Positions 21,441 to 33,440 are shown, counted from the stretch's first letter. The stretch is 64,000 nucleotides of DNA from Camelus ferus (GCF_009834535.1 NC_045697.1:2296001-2360000), one strand, 5' to 3'. Translations and numbers: made by a program. The notes: generated by a model not told the origin, from the letters alone.

Positions 21441-23689
21441 ACTAAATCGCGGCATCAGCCGTGCGGGGGACGACTCACAAGCGTAGTGGGAGGGGAACAG
21501 TCAGCCACCATGGGCACGTGGCTGCTCCAGCCCTCCGCTCCGCAGCTGGTCAGGAGCCAGCGTCCGCAACTTTAAGGTCCTTCCCCACCCACCCCATGTT
21601 CCCCTTCCCCTCTTCTGGCACCAACACTTCATTCCCTCTGCTCTGTGGCCTTTGTGAGCCTGTCTGCACTGGGTACTGAATTTTCTTTTGTCCTTTATTA
21701 CTGAGCAAGGATGTGCTAAGAGGCCCCCCACTGACTCTCCTGGGTCCAGCCAGAGTCCCCCTGACCCAGTCTCCTGGAGGGTGGGCACCCCAGGCAGTAG
21801 AGGAACGCCTTCTCTGCCTGCTGCCCTGGTGTTACGCACGGAAGGCCGGGGTGAGAGCTCAGCTTGCAGGTGCAGGGAACCACACACCTCCCTGGGACCC
21901 TGGGGCTTTCAGACCCGCCAAGCCCAAAGCCCCGGGGAGGCAGCGACCCTGTTCAAGGGTGTTACCTGGAGTAACAGTGGCAGGGCCGCTCCCATCTTCA
22001 CACCTTGGCGTCCAGTCGTGGATGGGGAATTGTGGGAAATGACACCAGATGTCAGCCACTGGCCTAAAACACATGACACGTCCTCAGGGCGACGTCCTGA
22101 TGGCTCCAGGAGCGAGTCTGCGTCAGCCTTTCTGCTCTTCCTTCAGGCCAGCTGTGTCCAGGTGATGAGGGGTGTGTTAGACCAGTGAAATCCGTGGACG
22201 TAAGCCCATTGCCACACGTCTTTCAGAGCAGATTGAACTCCTTGGTTGAGCGGGGCACGCCGGCAGTGAGCAGAGCTTTCTGCAGGGACCATGGAGAGCG
22301 GTGCCGGCCAATCTCTGAGTTTGGGAAGGCTGTCCTCGTCCCGCTGACACGTCTGCCCCCACGAGGGCATTCCTGGCTGCGGACAGGACCTCGAGTCCCT
22401 TTGCGCAGGGTGCAAAGTTACAAGAGCAGCTTCGTCATAGTCTTTCCCCTGCCCCTCACTTTGGAAGGGCCTTACAGAATCATCCCACCAACATGGCGCC
22501 CAGGGATGGTACCTTGTTCCAGGGTCGGTGTTGGCCTCTGACAGGTGGTTGGCAGACAGAACCTGCTGTGGTGCTAGGGCCAGACCGGCCTTGGCGAGGG
22601 GCCCCAAGGTCACTGGGCTCCCGCACAGCCTCCAGCAGCACCGCCCTCCTTGCCCACCCCTCCCCTGTCCCCGCATTGTTTCCCAGGCAACCATGCCGGG
22701 TGGAGTGCAGGACCAGAGCAGGCCAAGCTGCAGACTTTTCAAGAGAAGGCAGAAACTTGGATGGTTAGAAAAATGTCCTGGTTTTAAAATATTGATTACT
22801 AAGTCAAATCTAAACAAGCAAATGTACAACTTATGTCAATCAAAAAACCCCCAGACAAACACAGGAGGGGCTAAGCCTGGGGGCCAAGCCTGGGGGCCGG
22901 GCAGGGGTCCCACTGCTTGGCCGTGGGATTGACGGGCTGTGGCCACTGGGCCATACCAAAGTGCTCATTGATTGGTCTGTGTGTCTTGAATGATGGAGAT
23001 GGGCTGATGTCCATGTGGTGGGGGAGGGGAGGGCACTGGGACCGCATGGCTGACTTCCTGTGGCACCAGGGTTCTGTCACGCGCACTGTGGCCTCCCACA
23101 CACCCCTGGAGGCAGGAGGACCACTCCGCCGACTTCCCCAGAGGTCAGGGCAGCCCTGAGATGGGCCCAGAGGACACAGGGACCCTGGAGCCTGGATTTA
23201 GGGGGTCAATGGCTGTGGTGGGGGCAGGAGGAGAGGCAGGTGTGACCACCTCCACCTGGGTCCCCAGTGCTTTGGTGGAGGAAGCATGGGTGACCGGGAG
23301 CTTGGCTTGGGGATGTACCTGGCTAATGTCTGTGCTCAGGAAGGCCTCCAGGAGGAGTGGGGGCCAAGTCCAATGCAGGCCTGTGAGTGGGGTGTCAGGG
23401 AGTGTGTTGTGGCAGTGGGGCAGGTGGTGGGTTCTCAGGCGGGAGGGGCTGAGAGGCGAGGGACCTGTCGGTGTGCACGTGGAGTCGCGCTGGGACCAGA
23501 GCTCCCCTTGGGCGGGTCCCGCCCCACGCGTCCTCCTTTGCTGAGGATCAGGGATCCCTCACAGGTGGCCCAAACGCCCCAGGGCAGGGCGTTGGCCACA
23601 CACACAAGTTCACCCACAGAACAGGACCGCCATCGATTACAAGCATCGGGGCCTTGTGAAAAAAACGATGTTGATACTCTGTGGTCCTG

Positions 23690-23850
23690 GTTTGTTAAAA
23701 AGTATGCAACAGAGATGACCATCCGAGCTTCATTATTGGTGGAAAAAATGAAAACCCACCTGCATGTCTAACACTGGGGAAGAATTCAGATAAATTCAGC
23801 AGCATCCGAGTCAGTCTGAATTCTACAGAGCAATTCAGAACCACGCCTCT
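23690..23850 (+). mobile_element. L1ME-like 3' fragment
   Basis: AGAGATGACCATC.GAGCTTCATTATTGGTGGAAAAAATGAAAACCCACCTGCATGTCTAACA. Confidence 0.55.
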
Positions 23851-25261
23851 CGGGACCCTGATGCTGCGGGGAAGACGCCCTGGCACTGCCCCGTGGGCTT
23901 GTCTGTGTGAGTCGTTTTCGTGTATTTCATGCTTCAATCACATGGAATAATTAATTCGAGGAGGTTATTTCAAACCCCCAAACCTGACAAACCACCAAGA
24001 CACGGTGTGAAAGCTGGCCGTGCTTCTGGGCTGTTTGGAGACGCCTGCCGCAGAGGCACCAGGGCTGGACTGCTCTTCTTCCCTAAGGCCCATCCTATCT
24101 TCTGTCACCTGGGAAGTGAGCGGGAGGGAAGCGGGCTTCGGCTTTGGAAGTTTAGAGCAGGGAAGACGGCTCTGCTGTGCTCGGGAAGGGTGGGGAAGGA
24201 GTGCCCGGCAGCCTCTTTTCTGGGCTCCCAGGAAGGGCTAGGTGATTTGGATTTGGGTTCGTGGGGGAACCTTTCCTCGCCCGAGGGCCCTGCCCGGCTC
24301 TGAAATGCAGGGGATCGGGCTGGGCGGACAGACGTGGAGGATGGGTGGGAGCCCTGCAGCCCACACAGCATCGACACCCAGGGAGCGCTCCTCCACCCCC
24401 GCGCTGTCCAGGTCCCCAGGTGGCTCTCAGCCCCATGCTCCGGGTCCCCGGGGGCCTGCTGCTGCGTGGCAGAGGGTGTTGCAGAGACAGAATCACAGAG
24501 AATTCTGGCGTCTCCAGGCTGTGTGCTTTCTGGGGAGGAGTCACAGGTTTTGCCAGTAACTCAAAAGGATCCTAGGATGCCCAAGACAACTGCTGTCCCC
24601 TCTGCTGTGCCCCAGGTGAGCATGACAGCTTGGCCCTCATTGCTCTGAGGCTGAGCAGGAGGCAGGTGCAGACAGGGGCACAGCCTGGAGTGGGGGTGCA
24701 GGCAGGTGCCAGGGGGATACTGCCTGGAGGAAGGGGCTCGTGGCAAGTGTGGGGTGGGCACCTTCTTCACAGTTATGGGAAAACCACAGCTTGCAGGGGA
24801 GCGCCCCAAAGCTGTGGGCTGCCTGCAGGGGCTCCTGGTTGAGTACCATCACTAGCGGAGCCCCAGCACTGCCTGTCAGACTGCCTGCATCTCCCTCCTT
24901 AAAATCTTGCATTTCCTTGCAGTGCTCATACAAGGTCACCTAGAGGTCCTGCAGGTCTGCGTTCTGGAGGACCTTCTGCTCTTCAGCCACCCTGCGTGAT
25001 CACGTCATGTGGCTGGATCATTGGCTGCAGAGCACTGGAGGCTCTGCCGTCTGTTACTCCCCGGCCTCCCCGGCACTGCTCTCTCAGAGCTGCGCTGCCT
25101 GGTCCTGTGGCTGCATCTTTTCCTGCATCCTTAATGGCCTCCCCAGGTCCATTCCCAGCGGTGGCCCTGCCGGGTGGGGACGCTTCCACACCTGAGGTGC
25201 ACTGCGCCACCCTGCAGAGGTGTCCTGCAGGAGGTGTCCACAGGGACCACGTCTTGGTTGA

Positions 25262-25570
25262 AACATTTGGGGGATTTTAAGCAAGAGGTGACATGTTCTG
25301 ATCTAGGTTTTAAAGGACACCAGCCGCTGAGCTGGACCAAGTCTGGGTCAGAAAGGAAGCAGTGGGACCAGCTAGGAGGGGCAACGGCGGTGCTGTGGCG
25401 AGAGAGGCCGTGCCTGGACAGGATGAGGGCCAGGGCAGCCAGTGATGAGGAGGGAGGGAGGAAAGATGGGATTCCAAACATGCTTTGAAGCAGAGCCAGT
25501 GGGGTTTTCTGAGGACTGGAGGTGGATGTGAGGCAGTGGTCAGGGATGCCTGTGGTGACGGCGCTGACGG
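25262..25570 (-). mobile_element. L2
   Basis: GGATTTTAAGCAAGAGGTGACATGTTCTGATCTAGGTTTTAAAGGA...TTTGAAGCAGAGCCAG...GGATGTGAGG...GTCAGGGATG. Confidence 0.8.
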
Positions 25571-25589
25571 CCACAGACACACACGGCGC

Positions 25590-25825
25590 CTCCCTAAGGG
25601 CGGGCTACACTTCCCCCTGTGGATGTTGGACGTGGTCACGGGACATGTGGCCAGGGACATGGAGAGGGAGGGACATGTGTGTCCTTCCAGGCAGCAGTTT
25701 TAAGAGCCAGTGCATAGTGAAGCCCGTTGGCCTGGGTCCTCATTGTGACACAATGAACAGACAGGAACACAAGCCGTGTTCTCTGGTCTTAAGCCGCTGG
25801 GATGCGTGTGGTTTGTCAGCGCAGT
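25590..25825 (+). mobile_element. Old MLT1 (H/I/J-like) LTR fragment
   Basis: GTGGTCACGGGAC...ATGTGTGTCCTTCCAGG...TTTAAGAGCCAGTGC...TTAAGCCGCTGGGATG...GGTTTGTCAGCGCAG. Confidence 0.6.
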
Positions 25826-26019
25826 CTGGGCTGGCCTGGCGGACTCAGGCAGGGGGAGCAGGTTGGGGGTGGGCGAGATCTGGAGCTCCGTTGATGTCAT
25901 GGGGCAGCTGGTGGCAGGGGTGGGGTCTGGGGGGAGGTCCAGGCTAAGGGTGACCTGCCTGTAGGTGCTACTTCAAGCCACAGCACTAAGCCAGTGGCCC
26001 GTGTGCCGGTAACTGTGGG

Positions 26020-26105
26020 TCCTCGGATGAGGAAGCTGGGGCGCAGTGAGACTGAGTGAGCAGCCAAGGTCCCCAGCTCCTCTGCTGTGGTGCAGAACTG
26101 ACATC
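26020..26105 (-). mobile_element. MIR core
   Basis: GGATGAGGAAGCTGGGGCGCAG...CCAAGGTCCCCAGCT. Confidence 0.55.
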
Positions 26106-26699
26106 GGGTGTCCTTGCACAGAACTACCTGGCATCCAGCACAAGACCAGTGCAGAGGGGTGGTCCCCAGCCCTGCCCGCCTGTGACGTCTAAGCGGGCAG
26201 CTGGGCTGGGGATGGACCCGCACTGCGCAGGGCAAGGACGGCGACAGAGACCCAGGCCCACCTGCTAGGCAGTCTCTCCTTGGTGTCTCCCCAGGCTCAG
26301 GGGCTGTTTCTTCTTTGGGTCCCCAGCGCCCAGGGCAGGGGTCCATGCTTCTGCACCCACTGTTAAGTACTCGTAAGGGGCTCTTCGGCTTCACTGTGGG
26401 GAAGACAGAGCCCCTACGGCAAGGCAATTGACCGAGAGCTGCCAGATGGAGGCCCCACGCCTCTTTCAAGTCGGCATCCAGCCTTGCACTTGAGCTGATT
26501 ACTCTGCGCGATGATAAAGGAACAGGTGTTTCTAACCCACTCGAAAAGTAACGTATTTGAGTGATGTGATCATTTGCATGCTGCCTCCGGGATGAGGAAC
26601 GGCTTGCTTTTATCTCCAGGGCGCGGGCGCCTGGTACGCCTGAGCATCTACCCCGCTGGCGGGCAGGGTGGTTTCGGAGCCCCTGCCGGGGTTTGCTCA

Positions 26700-26850
26700 G
26701 CCACCAGCTCCCCTTCTAGCCGGGTGACCTGGGCTGGACTGTTCTGCTGCTGCCCCACCTCGCCTCCAAAGTGATGATCACCTTATAGACTCTGGAAAGG
26801 TCACGTGGGAAGCTATGTTGAAAGCATTGGCACATGGTAGCCGCTAAGCG
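26700..26850 (+). mobile_element. MIR
   Basis: CTAGCCGGGTGACCTGGG...AAAGCATTGGCACATGGTAGCCGCTAA. Confidence 0.55.
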
Positions 26851-26899
26851 AAGGCTCTTGGCAAGATTAGACACCTGCTCAAGGTGTGCCAGGTGACAG

Positions 26900-28220
26900 G
26901 GTGGAAACCGCCACCGCCAGGAGCTGACCGCGTGTAATTCACACTCCCTCCGGCGGAGCCTGAGGCCTCGAGCCGCGGCCTCAGCCCTTCCTGAGGTCTT
27001 GTGTCTCACCTTTTGCTACCTGGCAGGTCTCCGATGGAGATGGTACCTCCCTGTGCTACTTGGCATTTCCTGATTTGCGAGGGGGTGAGCTCATAACGGG
27101 AAAGTGTTTGTCATTTGTATTTCCTTTTCTGTATTCCCGCCTTTCTCCACTGTTCCGTCGTGTGCTGTTCTTTTCTTGCTGATTCCCGAGCGTTCTTTGT
27201 ATGTTCTGGTTATTAAGCCTTGGCTGGCTTCCGTGGGCTGCAGGGAGTGAGTGGCGTCTGTCACTTTCTTTCCAGTGTCTCGTTTTCGTCATAGTTGCTT
27301 GGACCCATTTTGCATCAAAACGTTGATTTCTCCTCATTTACTTGTAAATATTTCAGTATGTGTGTTTTTTTTTAATGTGGAGAATACACGTTGGATTTTA
27401 GTAAACAGAATGTGTTACTGAAGTGGAGCCAAGTCGGTTAATCATTTTGCTGTGGTTACTGGTCTTGGTGGCTTATTGTGAAATCTTTACCGACTTTGAG
27501 GTTATGAAAATGATTTTCCTTTGTTTGTTGAAGTTTCAATGTTTTGTCTTTCATATTTAAATCTTTAAACTGTCTAGATTTGAGGTTTTTGGTGTCTGTT
27601 GTGAAAAAGGAAAACAACTTATTCTTTTGTACACAGTTGGCCATTTTGCCAGCACCATTTATGAAGAGGGCCCAGCCTCCCCGCACAGACTGGTGACCCG
27701 CTGCTGCCACGGACGCCTCTGGATCCCAAGTGGAGGCTCTGTTCCCCTGCATTGGCCTTTCTGCCCATCCCTGCTCAACACCACCTTCTTTTGAGATGTA
27801 ACCTTCCTTCACCATGAAGTGTGATGTGGTCTGTGTGTTTTTTCACAGATGCCCCTCGTCAGGTTGAAGACATTCCCACCTATTCTTGGTTTCAGAAAGT
27901 GTTCATGGTGAACAGATGTGAATCTGTAATACACACTTTTCTGCATCTGTTGAGATGATCCTATCAGCTTTCTTCCTTAGTCTGTTGAAGCAGTGGATTA
28001 CGCTGGATGGTTTCCAAATGTTGAGCTAGCTTCCCGCGCTCGGGACAGATGTCCCCATTCACGGAGGTTCACCACGTGTACCTCGTCATTCACCCCGAGT
28101 GCACGTGCTGATGCTCAGCCGCGGGTTTCTGTGTCCGTGTTCATGAGGGCTGCTGGCCAGTGGTTTTCTTTTCGTGCGGCCTTTGCCTGGTTTTGGTCCC
28201 GGGTAGCACAGATAAGCTGA
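26900..28220 (-). mobile_element. Ancient L1M ORF2 fragments
   Basis: TTGCCAGCACCATTTATGAAGAG, AGGTTGAAGACATTCCC.CCTATTCTTGGTTT, TTTTCTGCATCTGTTGAGATGATC, CTGTGTCCGTGTTCATGAGGG. Confidence 0.85.
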
Positions 28221-28224
28221 GCAA

Positions 28225-28785
28225 TGTTGTTCCTGTCAGTGGGTTCTTGGGTGTTGGGTTATAATCCAGTGCTTCAGTTCTGCCCAGATGTTTCCAGGTC
28301 TGGCCGTCGGGGATGCTTTCAGTGGCTCCCTCTGCCTGAACCCCTTCAGTGTGTGAGTGGTGTCTGTTTTTGAGCACATTTTTACTTTCTTCGGGGGGCG
28401 GATAGAATCAATCATTTCTCTGAGGAGCTCTGGTCCCTTTTACTGCAGAGCAACACTAAAAACCAAGAATGGGGCACTGGGTGCTTGTTGCTGCTGGGGA
28501 GGCATTGCCTCTGGGAGTGCTCTAGGGGCGTCTCCTAGAACAAGGAGATGCACAGATTTTTAGTTACCCTCGTACACACACACGTGCGCGCGCGCCTTTG
28601 ACTGTTCCTATACGTAACCGTGCGTATCTACATTAAGCTAAATATGAGTTCATGCTCTTATGCACCTTCCAATCTGTTATCACGTGGATCATTCTAGCCT
28701 CCTCTTGCGTATCTGTCACTTCTCACACACAGAGGAACCCGGCTCCCACCATCCACCATCCATTTTCTTAATTGTTCAATTCCGG
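28225..28785 (-). mobile_element. L1MC3/L1MC4-like 3' UTR nested in the older L1
   Basis: CATTTCTCTGAGGAGCTCTGGTCCCTTT, AAACCAAGA.TGGGGCACTGGGTG, ATTAAGCTAAATATGAGTTCAT, GGCTCCCACCATCCACCATCCATTT.CTTAATTGTTCAATTCC. Confidence 0.75.
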
Positions 28786-28789
28786 CAAA

Positions 28790-28985
28790 CACACTTTGGT
28801 TAGTTTTGGCAATTTGTGTCTTTCAGTTTTGGTACATTCCATCGGAGCTGTCACATTCATCGGCACAAAGCTGTTCACTGGTTTCTCTTGTAACACGCCT
28901 CGTGTCTGTAGGGTCTGTGGTGAGCCTCCTTTTTGATTCATGATATTGGGTAATTTGTGTCTTCTCTTTTTCGTGATCAAACGCA
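28790..28985 (-). mobile_element. Continuation of ancient L1M ORF2
   Basis: TTTGGTTAGTTTTGGCAATTTGTGTCTTTC...TTCATGATATTGGGTAATTTGTGTCTTCTCTTTTT; minus-strand ORF contains TERHKLPKLT. Confidence 0.8.
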
Positions 28986-29479
28986 CCTACAGGTTAGGTG
29001 GAGAGCTGGATTTGTGGGGGTTTTGGTAGCTGAGTGCAATAAAATGAGAGGGGGATAACAGAGCTGAAGTTGTGTGTATGTCTGCGCACGAGTGCACACT
29101 TGTAAAAGAGAGATTATGGTGTTGGACTGTGGAAACTCAGCTGAGTAACGAGGGAAGTGAGGGCCCTTTAACGGTGATGGGGATAATGGATTGTGAGTCC
29201 CAGCGTGTTCATGGGGCCACCAGCCTGTGTGAGAGGGAAGACTGGAGGCTGTGAGAATAGGGAGATGCTTGAATGTGAGACTCTGGAGGGTGTAAATTTA
29301 ATGTTAATGCAAAACCCAGGATACGTCCAAGGAGGGGATGCTGGAGGGTTGGATGGCCACAGCAGGAGAAGGGGTCGAGGAACCAAGAGTCCGGCCTGAG
29401 CTGGTGTCTCTGCTCTGGGCTCCGTCTGCAGAGACACACAGGCCAGCCTCCTGCTGCCCATGGGGACATAGAAAGTGCT

Positions 29480-29675
29480 GGATCCCTCCCGGTTTGGATC
29501 TTCCCTTGGCCACATACCAGCAGGGAGACCTTGTACAATTCCTTAATTTCTCTGAGCTCAGCTTCTCCATCTCTAAATTAGGATAATAGCATCCACCTCG
29601 TGGGGTTGTGGGCCATACTACACGACATTAAAACACCTGCCGTGGGCCTGGCGAGGAGTGAGAGCTTGGCAAACT
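29480..29675 (+). mobile_element. MIR
   Basis: GACCTTGTACAATTCCTTAATTTCTCTGAGCTCAGCTTCTCCATCTCTAAATTAGGATAATAG. Confidence 0.8.
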
Positions 29676-29919
29676 TGAAGCCCGTCGATGGGGGTGTGAA
29701 CGTTGTTTCGATGAGCTTCCTTTCTGACTTCTTTCTACGTCTGTCGGCAAAACGTTCACAATAGACACGGGGTTGAATTAGTACTCTGTACCTCCTTTCA
29801 CGACATTCTTGCCACCCACCCCCTTATCACGTCCTTAGCGCAGCGCAGATATTGGATAGAATACCACGCAGTCATTTCAGCTCACGCTTTCTGATGCTTG
29901 GGGTTTGCGTTAAAGTGTT

Positions 29920-30430
29920 TGTATCGGTTTCTTGTGGCTGCCACTGCCGAGGGCCACAAACCGGGCCGTTCAAACAATAGAGACTTACTCTCTCAGGCAT
30001 CTGGAGGCCAGAAGTCTGAAATCCAAGCGCCAGCCGGGCCCGCCCCCTGCCCCCTCCCCTGCCCCGAGACTCTGGGCAGGCTCTCTTGTTTCCTCTTCTG
30101 ACTGCCGGTGGTCCCTGGCCATCCATCCTCGGTGTTCCTGGGCCTGCATCCACGTCGCCCCAGCCTTTGCTTCCGTCCTCACGTGGCCGCCCCCCAACCC
30201 CGTGCCTCTGTCTCTGTGTCCTAATCGCCTCTCCTCATAAGGAAACTAGTCATGCTGGCTAGTTCTACACCAGTAGAACTAGGCCCAGCTCTACACCAGT
30301 CCGACCTCATCTGAACCCAACTAATTACGTCTACAAAGACCCTATTTCCAAAAAAGGTCACATCCACAGGTACCAGGGGTTAGGACATGGATATACCTTT
30401 GGCGTGGGGGACACATGTTAACCCGTAACA
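29920..30430 (-). mobile_element. Full-length MLT1B/C-like solo LTR
   Basis: TG...CA termini; TCTGGAGGCCAGAAGTCTGAAATCCAAG, AAAGACCCTATTTCCAAA.AAGGTCACAT; 5-bp flanks GTGTT and GTATT consistent with a TSD. Confidence 0.9.
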
Positions 30431-30434
30431 GTAT

Positions 30435-30605
30435 TCCACCAAAAATAACGATAAAATACAAGAGAGGTGGAAATAGAGGATACAGGATTGGCAAAAAATG
30501 GATAATTGTTGCAGCTGAGGGTGGCTACCTGGGGGTTCATTATGTAAGTCTCTTTGTTTTTGTATATGTTTGAAAAATTCCATAATAAGATTTTTAAAAA
30601 AACAT
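30435..30605 (+). mobile_element. L1MD/ME 3' end
   Basis: GATAATTGTTGCAGCTGAG...GGGGTTCATTAT...TTTGTATATGTTTGAAAAATTCCATAATAA. Confidence 0.8.
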
Positions 30606-31469
30606 CATAATTTCAATGAATATTTAATAAGCTGGAAAATGTGAAGTGCAAAAGATGCTGCAGAAAGCAGACACGCCGGAGGAGCCTGTGCGGAGGAAGC
30701 AGCTCCGAGCGCCCCGGCAGGCTTCCCCGGGGAGGCGAGGCCTGGCTGCTTTCTCTTTTTTCACTTTTAATTTTTCTGTATTTTCCAAAATTCCCACACT
30801 GAGCATAGATTATTTGTATAATAATAAAATAATTTCATTTTAACAAATCAAGTCACCCCTCCACCCGCCCACTCATGCACCCCTTCAACAAACAGAACTT
30901 TCTGGAGCCTTGACGCTCGGCTGCCGGGGCGGGGCCTCTCCGAGGTGTAAAATGCTGCCCCTGCCCCTGGACGCCCGCAGTCCCCGCAAGGGATCCAGGT
31001 GACGCGGGCGCTGACAACCCAACCTTCTGCCAAATCTCAGTGCATCCCAGTGGACTCAGGCCTCTGCTGTGGAGGCTGCAGAGACAGAGGCCTCTTTAGA
31101 ATGTTTGAAATTATTAATGATTTTGATAAGAACCAACCCAAAGGCCGTCAGCGTGCGGGGCGGGTGAGGAGTCAGCCCAGGGACCAGGGCTCCTTCAGCA
31201 GGGAGACTCAGGCCAGACAGGGAGCCGCGAGCGCAGCAGGCACCGTCCGCAGAGCTCCAGGTGCAGGGAGGGGCTGCTCTTCAGGAGGGACAGCTCCGGG
31301 CACTCGCACTCGGAGGGAGAGAGCGTCCGGGGAGGCCTAAGCCCTGGGCTTGGTCCGGGGAGCTGCAGCCCGACAGGAGGCTTCAGGTGGCAGCCCCACT
31401 GCATGCAGCCGGCGCTCGCCCCAGGGCCGGGCAGGGATGCTCAGGGGTTAGGGGCAGGCCTGGACTTGG

Positions 31470-31650
31470 CCAGCCTGGATCTTGCTCCCAGACGTGACAA
31501 TGGTCACTCGCTAGTGCATGCCTAGGGGCAAACTGCCTCTCCCCCAGCACCTCAGTTTTCCCTTCTGTGAAGTGGATATGATGGTGCCTATCTCTGTTGT
31601 TATCCGTATGGAAGAGCTGTCTTTGGAAAGTCCTCACAGCCCTGTTCCAG
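31470..31650 (+). mobile_element. MIR
   Basis: GGGCAAACTGCCTCTCCCCCAGCACCTCAGTTTTCCCTTCTGTGAAGTGG. Confidence 0.65.
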
Positions 31651-31653
31651 GGA

Positions 31654-31956
31654 CACTTGTTCCCTGGTATCCACTGGGATGGATTCCACCAATAACCAAA
31701 ATCTGTGGATGCTCTAGTTCTTTATGTAAAATGGCATGGTATTTGCATATAACCTGGCACATTCTTCCATATACTTTAAATCATCTCTAGATTACTTGTA
31801 ATACCCAAGACAATGTAATTGCTATGTAAATAGTTGCCAGTGCCTGGCAAATTCTAGTTTTGCTTTGGGAGAACTTTCTGAAATTTTTATAAAATATTTT
31901 TGACCTGTGGTTGGTTGAATCCATGGATGTGGAAACTGAATTCAGAGGGCCAACCA
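31654..31956 (+). mobile_element. MER2B-like non-autonomous TcMar-Tigger DNA transposon
   Basis: GTATTTGCATATAACCT..CACATTCTTCCATATACTTTAAATCATCTCTAGATTACTT...GCTATGTAAATAGTTGCC...TTGGTTGAATCCATGGATGTGGAA. Confidence 0.9.
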
Positions 31957-31974
31957 TAAAGGCTCAACAAAGAC

Positions 31975-32395
31975 CAAGATGACAGTGAAAAAGACCATGA
32001 CAATGAAAATGATGAGGAGGAGGAGGTAATGAAGAATCAACAGAAGATGAAGATGACAATGATGACGATAGAACATGATGATGATACTGATGATTATGGT
32101 GATGGTGATGGTGGTGGTGATGGTGGTGGTGATGGTGATGATGATGGTGATAGTGTTGATTATGAAGGTGGTGATGTTGATGATGATGGTGATATTGATG
32201 AAGATGATAGTGATGGGATGATGATGATGAAGATGACGGTGTTGATGATGAAGGTAGTGACGGTGTTGATGATGAAGATAGTAACGGTGATGATGATGGT
32301 GATGATAGAACATGACGAGGATGGTGATTAAGATGGTGAAGATAATGATGGTGGTGATGATGATGAGGAAAAGGAGAAGGAGGGGGAGGAGATGA
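31975..32395. repeat. Degenerate (GAT/GGT)n trinucleotide low-complexity tract
   Basis: About 420 bp of GAT/GGT/GAA triplets seen directly. Confidence 0.95.
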
Positions 32396-33239
32396 CAACA
32401 GGGCAGCAACGAGAAAGATCCCACCTTTGTCTTCCCGGTTTGCACTCTGCCAAGGAAGAGGGCTGGGATGACCCAGAGTGTGTACTCCACCGAGGCAGGT
32501 AGACAGGTGCGTGGTCTGCACTGGGTTTGGGGGGTGAGTTCTGAACACTCCCTCACAGGAGGTGCCGCTCCTTCAAAATCAGGCAGATTGGTTAGGGGTG
32601 AGCTGAATTTTGATTGTGCTGAGTTAAAATGAAATAAATTTGGATTTCTATTGAGTTGGATTTGGATTAAACTGAAATGAAATGAACTGCACTAAATTAA
32701 ATTTGGGTTGAGTTGGCTCAAGTTGGGCTGTGTGGAATTTGCTGAGGTGTGAGCCTCAGATCTGAACCGGGAACCTGAGGACCTCCCAGTCGGAATGTCT
32801 CCCAGCAGCGCAGGGCTCGGCCCGTCTTGACTCGGTGGCCCTGGGACGGTTGTACAGTTGGTGACGTCTGCTCTCAGCCTTGCCTCTGCCCCCAACCCCA
32901 GTGCTCTCTGCCACCAGATCTTCAGATTTCCTTGGGGGTCAGCCATCCCCCAACTGTGACTCCCCAGGAGCGTAGGTGGGGATGTGTTTCTGTGGGTGTG
33001 TGTAATGGGGAGAGGGGTGTGTGTATAGGCGCCCGTCTGCGTGCAGGCTGGGGCGGGACCCCTTCTCCTCCTTCTTAGGGGGGTTGCCGACGTCAGGGGC
33101 TCTACACGCTGGAGCCTGTCTGCAGTGCCCTGTTTGCTTGGGCCTGGGGCGCCTTCAGCAAGCCATTTCAAAGGGTTGATCCCTAGAAGTTATCATAGGG
33201 CTCCTTGTACTCCCTAGAGGAATGCTTGAAGGGGCCCAA

Positions 33240-33440
33240 CCACTGTGTGCTGTGGGAACCTCCCCACAGTCAGCCTCTGCTTGGATCCCCCTGTGGACGG
33301 GGAGCTCACTGCTTCTCAGAGAAAAATCTGATTCTCTATCGCTTCTCTGCTCTGGTTCTGGTTCAGCTTCTAGGCACCCCCAGAATTCTCTGGCAGTCTG
33401 TCCTTTCTGGCACACAATGTGGCTCTGCTCCCTGGGTGCC
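33240..33440 (-). mobile_element. L3/CR1 fragment
   Basis: CAGCCTCTGCTTGGATCCCCCTGTGGACGGGGAGCTCACTGCTTCTCAG resembles the antisense L3 3' motif. Confidence 0.6.

Noticed and set aside
31942..32556. His-rich, Ile/Thr-rich and Asp-rich ORFs
   Set aside because: Translation artefacts of the (GAT/GGT)n simple repeat.
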